Source: an uncultured Nitrososphaerota archaeon
GTDB lineage: Archaea > Thermoproteota > Nitrososphaeria > Nitrososphaerales > Gagatemarchaeaceae
DNA: 64,000 nucleotides
Direction of reading: 5' to 3'
NCBI GenBank assembly: GCA_963703285.1
Contig: OY969807.1
Location: 1,056,001-1,120,000, forward strand
Part shown: piece after piece, positions 19,983-29,653 of the stretch
How positions within the stretch are numbered: position 1 is the stretch's first letter
Layout of the letters: the number at the start of each line of letters is the position of its first letter
Program-made: the position numbers and the translations under genes
Notes under the pieces: generated by a model
What the model saw: only the letters and a program-made list of their open reading frames with translations
What the model was told of the DNA's origin: nothing
Databases searched by the model: none

Positions 19983-20567
19983 ATGTCGGAAGACGACAAT
20001 TGGCAGAACAGATGGAGAAGGATGATGCCATTCGGCCCGTGGTCCTTCCCGGACATCGACGAGATGATGAAGGAGATGGAGAAGGAGTTCATGCAGTTCA
20101 AGGACATAGAGAAGCAGGTCCCCAAGGACCTGGTCAGGGAGCGCACCTCTCCCGACGGGAGCGTGAGGAAGGAAATCGGGCCGATAGTCTACGGCTACTC
20201 GATGACGATAGGCCCGGACGGCAAGCCGGTCATCAGGGAGTTCGGCAACGTGAAGAGGAGCGACGATCCCCTGAGGGGCATCACGGACAAGAGGGAGCCG
20301 CTGACGGACGTCGTGGACGGCGAGAAACAGGTCCGCATAATCGCAGAGATCCCAGGCGTGAAGAAGGAAGACATCGAGATGTCCGTCAGGGACAGGACCC
20401 TGACCATCTCGGTCGATACGCCCGAGAGGAAGTACCAGAAGGTCCTCCAGCTGCCGGAGACGGCGGAGGTCGAGGGGGCGAAGTCCAGCTTCAACAACGG
20501 GATTCTCGAGGTCACCTTCCCCAAGAGGCAGGGGGGAAGCACCGGCGTGAGGCTCAAGGTAGAGTAG
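19983..20567 (+). CDS. Archaeal heat-shock protein Hsp20
   Basis: GPIVYGYSMTIGPDGKPVIREFGN, AEIPGVKKEDI and FNNGILEV. Confidence 0.95.
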   Translation: MSEDDNWQNRWRRMMPFGPWSFPDIDEMMKEMEKEFMQFKDIEKQVPKDLVRERTSPDGSVRKEIGPIVYGYSMTIGPDGKPVIREFGNVKRSDDPLRGITDKREPLTDVVDGEKQVRIIAEIPGVKKEDIEMSVRDRTLTISVDTPERKYQKVLQLPETAEVEGAKSSFNNGILEVTFPKRQGGSTGVRLKVE

Positions 20568-20678
20568 GGCCGACCCGGAAGGGCGTGGCGCACCCTCCGT
20601 GCGCATTCCTGATGGGACTGCCGACGAGTGCGCTCCTTTCAGGAATCCTTATTACCCCGGAGACTCATTTATTCCACC

Positions 20679-20834
20679 ATGGCCAAGATGATGTCGTGCG
20701 AATGCGGATGGACCTTGATTACCCCCATGGGTGAGGCCGACCTCAAGAAGCACGCGATGATGCACGTCGCGGACGCCCATCCGGGAATGCACATGACAGA
20801 CGCAGACATGATGAAGATGATGAAGACGGTCTAG
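20679..20834 (+). CDS. Small DUF1059-like metal-binding protein, Met/His-rich
   Basis: MAKMMSCECGW...KHAMMHVADAHPGM; followed by a T-rich tract. Confidence 0.7.
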   Translation: MAKMMSCECGWTLITPMGEADLKKHAMMHVADAHPGMHMTDADMMKMMKTV

Positions 20835-20925
20835 TCATCTTCACCTCTTTTTCTTAACCGGAGGTTCAGCGTGTGCCGCCAGCAAGAGATTAATCCCCAC
20901 GCAGGCGGAAACCACGCGGCTGCAC

Positions 20926-22068
20926 ATGACGCTTCTGCGAGGAATCACCTGGGACCACGCGAGGGGATCAGGGGGGCTCGATGCGACTGCGAGGGCATAC
21001 AACGAGTCGCACGAAGCAACGCAGGTGAAGTGGGAGCGGATTCCCCTACCGGAGCTGAAGGGCAGGAATCTGGAGGACCTCGCCGGGTTCTACGACCTCA
21101 TCATGATCGACCACACCGAGGTCGGCTCGGCGGAGAGGAACGGCTCGCTGCTTCCCTTCGACGCGGTCGTCCCCCGCGAGGTCCTCGAGCTGCTGCACGA
21201 ACAGTCTGCGGGGCCGAGCCATCGGTCCTACGAGTACGCGGGCCACCAGTGGGCTCTCGCTGCCGACGCGTCCTCCCTGGTCTCGGCCTACCGCCCTGAT
21301 CTCCTGGGGTCGCCCCCAGGCGACTGGGAATCCGTCACGGACCTGGCCCTCCGTCGCGGGACCAGCGTCGCGATCCCGCTCCTCCCCGCGGATTCGTTCG
21401 CCTCCTTCCTCACCCTGTGCGCGAATGGGGGCGAGCCCCCCTTCTCCCACGAGGACAAGGTGGCCCCGAGGGAGACGGCGCTTCGCGCGCTCACCCTCCT
21501 CGGGAGGCTCGCCGGCCTCGTCAACCGGGCTTCCCTGACGCTCGACGCGACGGGCGTTCTCGAGATGATGTCGACGGGCGACGAGATAGCATACTCGCCC
21601 CTCCTCGACGGTCACTCCAACTACTCGAGGTCTGGCTTCAGGAGGAGCGCGGTCCGCTTCGCCGATATCCCATCGTCGGGGGAAGGTCCCACGGGAAGCC
21701 TGCTCGGCGGCAGGGGGATTGCCATCTCCTCCAGATGCCCAGACCCGAAGGTTGCTGCCGAATACTCCGTCTGGGTCTGTCAGCCCGAGGTCCAGAGGGG
21801 CCTGTACTTCGATTCGGGGGGACAGCCCGGCAACAGGGCGGCGTGGCTCGACGAGGGCGTCAACCGCGCGTCGGACGATTTCTTCAGGCGCACCCTAGCT
21901 ACGCTCTCTGGCGCGTATCTGGGCCCCCGATACGATGGGTACCTGGAGGTGGAGGCCGCCTGCGGGGCGCTCATCCACAACTGGTTGGTAAACGGGGGGG
22001 ATGCAGAGAAGCTCTACGGGGAGCTCAACGCCCGCTATGCGGGCACCAGGAGGGACTCCAAAGCGTGA
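20926..22068 (+). CDS. Carbohydrate-type solute-binding protein fold without signal peptide
   Basis: LRGITWDHARG, YDLIMIDH, SYEYAGHQWAL, LLGGRGIAIS and GGQPG; no N-terminal hydrophobic leader. Confidence 0.8.
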   Translation: MTLLRGITWDHARGSGGLDATARAYNESHEATQVKWERIPLPELKGRNLEDLAGFYDLIMIDHTEVGSAERNGSLLPFDAVVPREVLELLHEQSAGPSHRSYEYAGHQWALAADASSLVSAYRPDLLGSPPGDWESVTDLALRRGTSVAIPLLPADSFASFLTLCANGGEPPFSHEDKVAPRETALRALTLLGRLAGLVNRASLTLDATGVLEMMSTGDEIAYSPLLDGHSNYSRSGFRRSAVRFADIPSSGEGPTGSLLGGRGIAISSRCPDPKVAAEYSVWVCQPEVQRGLYFDSGGQPGNRAAWLDEGVNRASDDFFRRTLATLSGAYLGPRYDGYLEVEAACGALIHNWLVNGGDAEKLYGELNARYAGTRRDSKA

Positions 22069-22080
22069 ACCCGCCGGATC

Positions 22081-22809
22081 CTATGGGCTGCGGGCCGGCT
22101 TCGCCGACATCACGTGCCGCTTGAGGAGCTGTATGCCGAGGGACGGGTCGACCCCCTTGGGGCACACTTCAGAGCAGCTGCCGGAGAAGTGGCAGCGCCA
22201 GATGCCATGCTGCCTGTCGACGAGCTCCAGCCTCTCGGGCCCGGCCTCGTCTCTCTTGTCCGCCGAGTAGCGGTAAGCCTGCGTCAGGGCCTGGGGGCCG
22301 AGAAAGAGACTGTCGGTTGCCACCGTGGGGCAGGCCGATGCGCAGAGCCCGCACTTTATGCAGTAAGTGAACTGGGAGATCGCGTCTAGGTCCGCCGGCT
22401 TCATGAGGTACTCGCCCGTCGGATTCTCCTGCTCGGCTGCGTCCTTCCTCTCTAGACGGGGGAGGATTTCCCGGTGGTGGGTGAAGAACCCCTCCAGGTC
22501 CACCACGAGGTCCCTCACTATGGGGAAGTTGTCCATCGGCTGGATGGTGAGGTAGTCCCACCCGAGTGCGGAGATCTGGGTCTCGCACGCGAGCGAGGGG
22601 CGCCCGTTGATTTTCATTCCGCAGGACCCGCACGACGACATCCTGCAAGAGCACCTGACGGCGAGCGAGTGGTCCAGGTAGCTCTTCGCGTACAGCAGGG
22701 CGTCGAGCACCGACGTCGCGTCGCCGGTGGGGACGATGTAGTTCCTGAACTCCGGCCTCTCATCCCTTGATGGGTCGAATCTCTGGATCCTCAGCCTAAC
22801 CTCGCCCAC
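22081..22809 (-). CDS. sdhB: Succinate dehydrogenase iron-sulfur subunit
   Basis: SCRMSSCGSC, CIKCGLCASACP and CHFSGSCSEVCP. Confidence 0.95.
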   Translation of the reverse strand: MGEVRLRIQRFDPSRDERPEFRNYIVPTGDATSVLDALLYAKSYLDHSLAVRCSCRMSSCGSCGMKINGRPSLACETQISALGWDYLTIQPMDNFPIVRDLVVDLEGFFTHHREILPRLERKDAAEQENPTGEYLMKPADLDAISQFTYCIKCGLCASACPTVATDSLFLGPQALTQAYRYSADKRDEAGPERLELVDRQHGIWRCHFSGSCSEVCPKGVDPSLGIQLLKRHVMSAKPARSP

Positions 22810-23169
22810 CTAGGACGGCACCCCCGTCACGGCGAGGATCACGGTCCTCGTGCCGTAGCCCATCACGGCGACGGCTATCACGAGCGTGCCCCAGTTGACG
22901 CCCCTGCTCCACGAAAGACCCTGCCTCCACTCCAGCAGTATGACCCGCAGACCGTTGAACCCGTGTGCGACGACGACGATGAGCAGCATCTCCAGCAGCG
23001 AGAGGTCGACCCAGCTTCGGTAGACTGAGAGGACGTGCTGGAAGTCGATGGCCTTGTAGTAGGGGACGAGCACACCCTGCATCAGCAGATGGATCGAGAC
23101 GAGGACGAGAGCGGCCACCGCGGTCGCGTACTGTATGAGCATGAGCCTCGATTCTCTCAACGCTATCAC
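22810..23169 (-). CDS. sdhD: Succinate dehydrogenase membrane anchor subunit
   Basis: 3 TM segments, HGFNGLRVIL; GTG start overlaps the sdhC stop. Confidence 0.85.
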   Translation of the reverse strand: MIALRESRLMLIQYATAVAALVLVSIHLLMQGVLVPYYKAIDFQHVLSVYRSWVDLSLLEMLLIVVVAHGFNGLRVILLEWRQGLSWSRGVNWGTLVIAVAVMGYGTRTVILAVTGVPS

Positions 23170-23660
23170 ACCTGAAGTATCGACCACGCCCAGAGCGACG
23201 CCACGATTGCGGCCGCGATGGCGATCCATATCATGTGCCTTTGAAGAGCCCTGTGCGACTTCGCTCTGTACGGGAAGTCTGGTCTCGAGGGCTTCTGGAA
23301 GATGATTCCGTACTCCGAGAGTATCAGCCTGATCCCGTTGATCCCGTGGAAGACCACCACGAGCACGGTCAGGCTCAGGACGAGGTTCCCGAGGAGGTTC
23401 TCGGTGGCGGCGATGTCTCCCGCCCAGCTCGCTTGGCTAGGGGCGCTGCCGAAGGGCCCGCCGACGAAGAAGCTGGTGTCGCCAATGTGGCCGAGGACGT
23501 ACAGCAGGATGAGGACGCCCGTCAGCCTCTGGAAGGTGTACGCCCAGCGTTCGAGGCCGTAACCTGCCGGGTTGAACCAGGCGACCACCCCTCGCTTGTT
23601 CTGGACCTTCTTCTCGGCCGCCACAGGGTCCACCTCGGCTCCCTCCGTCGTGCCACCCAT
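23166..23660 (-). CDS. sdhC: Succinate dehydrogenase cytochrome b subunit
   Basis: ERWAYTFQRLTG and FHGINGIRLIL; start overlaps the sdhA stop. Confidence 0.85.
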   Translation of the reverse strand: MGGTTEGAEVDPVAAEKKVQNKRGVVAWFNPAGYGLERWAYTFQRLTGVLILLYVLGHIGDTSFFVGGPFGSAPSQASWAGDIAATENLLGNLVLSLTVLVVVFHGINGIRLILSEYGIIFQKPSRPDFPYRAKSHRALQRHMIWIAIAAAIVASLWAWSILQV

Positions 23661-25369
23661 CAGTAGGTCCTCTCCGCGGGCTGGTACCTCGTTATCCTGA
23701 CCGGAGAGTAGTCCAGCCTGATTCCCTCTTCGCTCTGGTACGCGAGGGTGTGCTTCAGCCAGTTCACGTCGTCCCGCCTGGGGTAGTCGCGCCTCGCGTG
23801 CGCCCCCCTGGATTCGGTCCTGGCGACCGCTCCGACGAGGAACGCCTCGGCCGCCAGCAGCATGCTCTCCACCTCGAGGACGTTGGTGAGATTCGTGTTG
23901 TATCGCCTGCTGGTGTCGTCGCAGTGGAGGTAGTCTTCCGACTTGAGCCCCCTCACCACCTTGATGGCCTCGGCAAGCCCCTCGCCTGTGCGATAGACGT
24001 AGGCGTTCTTGTCCATCGCCGCCTGCAGCCGGTCCCTCACCTCGTAGGGGTTCGTCCCACCCCTGCCATGGAAGATCTCGTCGAAGATGCGCTTCTCCTC
24101 CTTCGCCACCCGGGCCTCGGCCGGCGGGACCTCCGATCGTTGAAGGGCGTACTTGGCCGCCGCCTCCCCCGTGATACGGCCCCACACGAGGCACTCGGCG
24201 GTGGAGTTTGCGCCAAGGCGGTTCGCGCCGTTTATGCTGACGCACGCCGCCTCGCCCGCTGCCCAGAGCCCCTTCACCTTCGTGGCGCCGTCGATGTCCA
24301 CGTCGATGCCGCCCATCGTGTAGTGGCAGACGGGCTTCACCGGAAGCGGGGTCTCGATGGGATCGATGGCCCTGAACTTCATCGCAATCTCCCTTATCCC
24401 CCCGAGCCTCTCCTTTATCTTCGCCGCACCGATTCCGGTCAGGTCGAGGTTCAGATACGCCTGGCCCTTGTCATCGGTGAATCCCCTCCCTTCGTCCATC
24501 TCGGTTATCATGGCCCTGGAGACCACGTCCCTCGAGGCGAGCTCCAGCTTTCCCGGAGCGTATCTCTCCATGAACCGCTCGCCGTCTCTGTTCAGGAGAA
24601 TCCCTCCCTCCGCTCTGGCCCCCTCGGTTATGAGTATCCCGGAGGGGATCAGGCCCGAGGGATGGAACTGGAAGAACTCCATGTCCTTCAGGGGAAGGCC
24701 TGCCCTCAGGGCGAGCGACATCCCGTCGGGAGTCGAGCTGTACCCATAGGTTGCGAAGCTGAAGAGCCTGCCCGCCCCGCCGGTCGCGACTATGCAGGCC
24801 TTGGCGGCGATCGCCGCGAATGCCCCCGTCTTCATCTCGATTGCCGTTATCCCGCGGAACCCGCCCTGGTCGACGAGCAGCGAGGTGGCGTACCACTCCT
24901 GGTAGAAGCTGATGTTCGGACACCTGGTGCAGGTGTCGTAGAGCGTCTGCATCTGGTGGAAGCCCACCTTGTCCTCGGCGAAGGTAGCCCTCGGGTACGA
25001 GTAGCCCCCGAAGTCCCTCTGCGCGAGGCGTCCGTCCTCCCGCCTAGACCAGGGCATCCCCCAGTGCTCGAGCTGGTAGACCTCGAGGGGGACCATCTTG
25101 GCGAACCTCTCGACCGCGTCTTGGTCGGCGAGGTAGTCCGACCCCTTCACCGTGTCGAAGATGTGCGACTCGATCGAGTCCCCAAGTTCGGGGTAGAGGA
25201 CAGCCGCCGTCCCTCCCTCGGCGCTCACGGAGTGCGACCTCATCGCCTGGACCTTCGTGACGACGCCGATGCGGATCTTCTGGCTGACCCTTGACGCCTC
25301 GATGGCGGCCCTGAGTCCGGCTATGCCCGAGCCGATGATAAGGAGGTCCTGACTGAGCCGCTCTGCCAT
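23660..25369 (-). CDS. sdhA: Succinate dehydrogenase flavoprotein subunit
   Basis: IIGSGIAG, RSHSVSAEGG, QFHPSG, HYTMGG, GANRLGANS and RTESRGAH. Confidence 0.96.
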   Translation of the reverse strand: MAERLSQDLLIIGSGIAGLRAAIEASRVSQKIRIGVVTKVQAMRSHSVSAEGGTAAVLYPELGDSIESHIFDTVKGSDYLADQDAVERFAKMVPLEVYQLEHWGMPWSRREDGRLAQRDFGGYSYPRATFAEDKVGFHQMQTLYDTCTRCPNISFYQEWYATSLLVDQGGFRGITAIEMKTGAFAAIAAKACIVATGGAGRLFSFATYGYSSTPDGMSLALRAGLPLKDMEFFQFHPSGLIPSGILITEGARAEGGILLNRDGERFMERYAPGKLELASRDVVSRAMITEMDEGRGFTDDKGQAYLNLDLTGIGAAKIKERLGGIREIAMKFRAIDPIETPLPVKPVCHYTMGGIDVDIDGATKVKGLWAAGEAACVSINGANRLGANSTAECLVWGRITGEAAAKYALQRSEVPPAEARVAKEEKRIFDEIFHGRGGTNPYEVRDRLQAAMDKNAYVYRTGEGLAEAIKVVRGLKSEDYLHCDDTSRRYNTNLTNVLEVESMLLAAEAFLVGAVARTESRGAHARRDYPRRDDVNWLKHTLAYQSEEGIRLDYSPVRITRYQPAERTY

Positions 25370-25443
25370 CTTGGCGCTCCCCCTAGACGTTCCCCTTAAA
25401 ACTTGACGAAACGGGTTGCAGCAGTCTGCAAGCCCTCCTCTCC

Positions 25444-26439
25444 TTACTTGAATATTCCGAGGACGGCGTCATCGGCGAGCGCGACCGCGTAGCCGGCGAT
25501 CCCCCTGACGTCCCTCAAGATCAGCGTAAGGTGATAGGCGTCCTTGGCGCCTCCCTTCATCGGGAGCGTGTACCCGTCCTCGTAGAGCTGCCGTACCTGG
25601 GGCATCTTCCTGAAGACGGAGTCCGCTGCGGCGATGTCCTTGGACATGAGGGCCTTCACGGAGAGCGTCAGCATCTCCTCCGTGATGTCGGTCATCCGCC
25701 TTATGATCGAGACGAGGGCGGGCTCGGGCCTTGCTGTGAGCTCCTTCACGTGCCTGGCCGTCCACATGGAGTAGTAGGCTATCCTTCCGAGCTCCCTGGT
25801 CGCGATGGCTAGGACTATCACGCTGTTGACGTCGGGGATGTTCATGTGCTCCCTCAGCTTCCTGTTCCTGGCTGCCTCGAAGGCCAGGCGCATCATGAAG
25901 CTGTAGAGCTTCGCACCCTCCGCGCCCCTCAGGTCGGCGTCCTTGGCGAGGTTAGAGTCCCCGGCTTCGAGGGCCTTCGCAGCGTCCACCAAGACCGCGA
26001 GCGACGCCGCGGAGAACCGCTCGACCATCTCCGGCAGGCTGAACTTCCAGGGGTCGATCAGGTTGAGGAGCGAGATGTGGTCGGCGTAGTCCTCGGTTAT
26101 CTCCACCCCCATGAGACCGTCGAGGACCTCGCGGATCCACTCTTTGTGGTAAGCCTGCATCTTGTTGCCGGGGGAGTATATCCTGGTGACGTCGTGGCCG
26201 AGGATGTAGGAAGCTGTGATGTTGAGCTCCAGGAGCCTCTGGTCCTTGAGCTTGTCGACGTCGATGGTCCTAGCCTCGCCCGCGTGCCTCGCCTCCGTTG
26301 GAGCGATCACCAGGCTGTCCCCTTCGGTCTCGGTCGAGAGCAGGTCGCCCTTCTTCAGCTTGAGCTTCTCGACCCACTCCTTGGGGAGGGTCACTATGTA
26401 CGTGCCTCCCGCGGTCGTCTGCAGCTTCCTGACTTGCAC
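25444..26439 (-). CDS. AbrB-PhoU family transcriptional regulator
   Basis: RKLQTTAGGTYIVTLPKEWV AbrB-type N-terminus, YILGHD, helical PhoU repeats. Confidence 0.88.
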   Translation of the reverse strand: MQVRKLQTTAGGTYIVTLPKEWVEKLKLKKGDLLSTETEGDSLVIAPTEARHAGEARTIDVDKLKDQRLLELNITASYILGHDVTRIYSPGNKMQAYHKEWIREVLDGLMGVEITEDYADHISLLNLIDPWKFSLPEMVERFSAASLAVLVDAAKALEAGDSNLAKDADLRGAEGAKLYSFMMRLAFEAARNRKLREHMNIPDVNSVIVLAIATRELGRIAYYSMWTARHVKELTARPEPALVSIIRRMTDITEEMLTLSVKALMSKDIAAADSVFRKMPQVRQLYEDGYTLPMKGGAKDAYHLTLILRDVRGIAGYAVALADDAVLGIFK

Positions 26440-26478
26440 GTAGGCCGAGTCGGCGCCTTCTCGTAATAAGCGTTGCCA

Positions 26479-26542
26479 AGATTTACGTATAATATGTATT
26501 AGTTGCAGTCTACCGATAAGTCGTAGAGAATATACGTAATCT
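26479..26542. promoter_or_regulatory. AT-rich divergent promoter region with inverted repeat
   Basis: TTACGTATA (26483-26491) and TATACGTAA (26531-26539) form a perfect 9-bp inverted repeat. Confidence 0.5.
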
Positions 26543-26579
26543 ACGCATATCCTTAAAACGTCTCGATTCCGCGAAGGCC

Positions 26580-27914
26580 GTGTCAGCGATGGATTCCCCG
26601 TACGCCGCCGAGACGGTCGACGAGATCGAGAGGTCATGGCAATCGGAAAGGTGGGCCGGGATAAAGAGGGCGTACTCGGCCGAGGACGTCTTCGCTCTGA
26701 GGGGCTCTATCAGGATACAGCACACGGTAGCGGAAGCCGCCGCCGAGAAGTTGTGGAGGGTCCTCCACTCCGATCCGTACATCCAGACCCTCGGAACCCT
26801 TACGGGGAACCAGGCCGTCCAGCTGGTGAAGGCGGGGCTGAAGGCCATCTACTTGAGCGGCTGGCAGATAGCGGCCGACGCGAACCTTGCGGGCCAGACC
26901 TATCCCGACATGAGCCTCTATCCCTCGAACAGCGCTCCGGCCCTCGTGAGGCGCCTCAATCAGGCCCTCCTCAGGGCTGACCAGATAGAGCACATGGGGG
27001 CTGACGCGGCGACCGACTGGCTCTGCCCAATCGTCGCTGACGGCGAGGCCGGGTTCGGGGGGCCCCTGAACGTCTTCGAGCTGACGAAGGGCTTGATTGA
27101 GGCGGGCGCGGCGGGTGCTCACTTCGAAGACCAGCTCGCCTCCGACAAGAAGTGCGGGCACATGGGAGGGAAGGTGCTGGTTCCCACGAGCCACTTCATC
27201 AGGACGCTTACGGCGGCGCGACTGGCATCGGACGTGATGGGCGCGCCCACGATAATAGTCGCCAGGACGGACGCGAAGGACGCGAGCCTGATCACCAGCG
27301 ACATCGACCCGCACGACAGGCAGTTCATGCTGGGCGAGAGGACCCCGGAGGGCCTCTTCAGGATGCGGAGCGGGCTGGAGACGGCCATCGCCAGGGGGCT
27401 CGCGTACTCGCCCTATGCCGACCTGCTCTGGTTCGAGACACAGAAGCCCGACCTGGACGAGGCGAAGCGCTTCGCTAACGCCATACACGCGGTCTACCCG
27501 GACAAGCTCATGGCCTACAACCTCTCCCCGTCGTTCAACTGGGACAAGGCCCTGACAGCCCTGGAGCAGGCGGATTTCCAGAGAAAGCTCGGGGAGCTCG
27601 GGTACCGCTTCCAGTTCATAACCCTCGCGGGGTTCCATTCGCTGAATCACGGCATGTTCGACCTGGCGAAGGGATTCGCGGAGAGGGGCCTCCCCGCGTA
27701 CGTCGAGCTGCAGCGGAAGGAGTTCGAGAGCGAAGCGAGGGGCTACACCGCGACCAGGCACCAGAGCTTCGTGGGAGCGAGCTACTTCGACGAGGTGCTC
27801 AGGGTCGTCTCGGGGGGAGTCGCATCGACCACCGCCATGGAAGGCTCGACCGAAGAGGGGCAGTTCATCTCCAACCGGGACAAGGTCGGCAAGCCCGTTA
27901 GCGGCTCGGGCTGA
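26580..27914 (+). CDS. aceA: Isocitrate lyase
   Basis: [43 protein letters not shown] and FITLAGFH. Confidence 0.96.
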   Translation: MSAMDSPYAAETVDEIERSWQSERWAGIKRAYSAEDVFALRGSIRIQHTVAEAAAEKLWRVLHSDPYIQTLGTLTGNQAVQLVKAGLKAIYLSGWQIAADANLAGQTYPDMSLYPSNSAPALVRRLNQALLRADQIEHMGADAATDWLCPIVADGEAGFGGPLNVFELTKGLIEAGAAGAHFEDQLASDKKCGHMGGKVLVPTSHFIRTLTAARLASDVMGAPTIIVARTDAKDASLITSDIDPHDRQFMLGERTPEGLFRMRSGLETAIARGLAYSPYADLLWFETQKPDLDEAKRFANAIHAVYPDKLMAYNLSPSFNWDKALTALEQADFQRKLGELGYRFQFITLAGFHSLNHGMFDLAKGFAERGLPAYVELQRKEFESEARGYTATRHQSFVGASYFDEVLRVVSGGVASTTAMEGSTEEGQFISNRDKVGKPVSGSG

Positions 27915-27993
27915 GAGAGCCGCCCTTCGCCTGCGGGGCGGGGTCGCAGAAGTCTTTTAGCGCCAAGAGCTGCGGCCGGGGCTCGGCGGGAAA

Positions 27994-29077
27994 ATGCATT
28001 ACTTCGTCATCCTGACCAAGGAATGCAACCTCTTCTGCAGCTACTGCGGGGGAGGCAGCGACACCCCTCCAAGGGAGATCGAGTACTCGATCCAGGACCT
28101 CAGGTCGTTCCTCTCCCTCGACGAGGCACCCGTCATAGAGTTCTACGGAGGCGAGCCGCTCCTCCGGATGAGGACGATGAAGAGCATCATGGACTCGGTC
28201 CCAGGCAGATTCGTCATCCAGACGAACGGCATCTTCCTGGACAGGATTGAACCCGAGTATCTCTCGAGGTTCCACTCGATCCTCGTCTCGATCGACGGGA
28301 CGAAGGAGGTCACGGACAGGGAGCGTGGGAAGAGGGTCTACGAGCGCGTCATACGAAACGCGGGAGCTAGTCAGGACCAAGGGCTTCTCCGGGGACCTTG
28401 TGGCCAGGATGACCGTCGAGGAGGGGACGGACATCTACGAGAACGTGAGCCATCTACTCGGCACGGGGCTCTTCGACCACGTCCACTGGCAGCTTAGCTT
28501 CAGCATGTTCTGGAAGGGGGCGCAGGATTCGGAGGTCGGTCTCTCGAGTTGGATAGAATCGTACAACTCGGGCGTCACATCTCTCGTCGACGCCTGGACC
28601 GGCGAGATGTCTCGCACCGGCCGGGTCCCTGGTATAGTCCCCTTCGTCGCGCTGATGGATTCCCTCCTATCTGGGAGGGCGTCGCGCCTCCGCTGCGGTT
28701 CTGGCATAGACTTCTTCTCCGTCACGCCGGACGGGAAGATCTCGGCCTGCCCGGTCTCCATCGATTATGACTTCTCGCTGGTCGGCTCGATATTCGACAG
28801 CAGCCCCGGTTCGATCCGCGAGGTTGCAACGATCGGAGAGCCGTGCCTCTCCTGCGACATCTACGGTGTCTGCGGGGGGAGGTGTCTCTTCGTAAACAGG
28901 ATGCAGGAGCTCCTTCGCGAGGATGGCTTCAAGTACATCTGCTCCACCGTCAAGCACCTGGTGAGCGAGCTGAAGAGGTCGCAGCCCGCGGTCGAGGCCC
29001 TGATCAGGCAGGGGACGGTAAAGAGATCCGACTTCGAGTACCCCGAACTCAACAACGGCTGCGAGATCATCCCGTGA
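27994..29077 (+). CDS. Radical SAM/SPASM protein, AF0577/TIGR04084-like (frameshift about 28363)
   Basis: CNLFCSYC, FYGGEPL, QTNG and SIDG; SPASM CGSG...CP...CLSC..CGGRC and terminal NGCEIIP; one extra G splits the ORF. Confidence 0.85.
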
Positions 29078-29099
29078 GTCGGCCGTCTTCTGCTGCTAC

Positions 29100-29390
29100 C
29101 CTTCCCTGAGCGCGGGGATGAACGCGACGATATCGCCGACGTTTGTGGTCGCCCAAGTCTTGAGTTCCGCCACGATCCCCCCATGGGACGCGCGCAGCCT
29201 CTCGACCCTCGATCCGAACGAATCCTCGTCTCAGCGACGACATCCCCCTTCGAGACGAGCTGTCCAAGGGAGACCTTCAGCTTGAGGTATCCGGACCTGC
29301 TCGCTCGAATGTGACCCAGGATAACTGAGCTTCGCCGGTTCAGGCTGAGACTCTCGAACTGGAGCAAGGCTTCAGCGACAAAACCGGGAG
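29100..29390 (-). pseudogene. C-terminal remnant of succinylglutamate desuccinylase/aspartoacylase-type gene
   Basis: HIRASRSGYLKLKVSLGQLVSKGDVVAE, then after a frameshift DSFG...LRASHGGIV...VGDIVAFI; no N-terminal catalytic domain. Confidence 0.5.
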
Positions 29391-29407
29391 CCACATTAAT
29401 GGATAGG

Positions 29408-29502
29408 TGGACCGGGGGGGAATCGGACCCCCGACCTAGGGAAGCTCTCGGGGCTTTCTCCCGCGTGCAAGGCGGGCGTTCGTACCGCTGAACTACCGGC
29501 CC
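29408..29502 (-). tRNA. tRNA-Ala(TGC) with a 22-nt intron in the variable region
   Basis: GGGCCGG/CCGGTCC-A; anticodon arm CCCGC-CTTGCAC-GCGGG; insert AAAGCCCCGAGAGCTTCCCTAG before GTC; T-loop reads TCCGATT. Confidence 0.85.
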
Positions 29503-29653
29503 ACGAGGGAGCCAGAGATGAGTAGCTTCTTATCTTCTTCCCGTTTTCTCAACCTTTCGCGTGGCCTGACAGGCTCTTGACCCCAGGTGGTTTCCGAAAC
29601 GTCATGTGAGATGGGTCACGCTTATAGCGGAACACTTCCGCCCCGCTCTCGCT

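Noticed and set aside
23750-25294. Long antisense or alternative-frame ORFs (e.g. 23750-25294, 7064-8296, 53128-54537)
   Set aside because: Shadow ORFs of real genes in high-GC DNA; Arg/Pro/Gly-rich with no motifs.
28355-28370. Programmed frameshifts at about 7045, 28363, 32115, 37255 and 52662
   Set aside because: They fall in short G/C homopolymers without slippery heptamers; long-read indel errors are more parsimonious.
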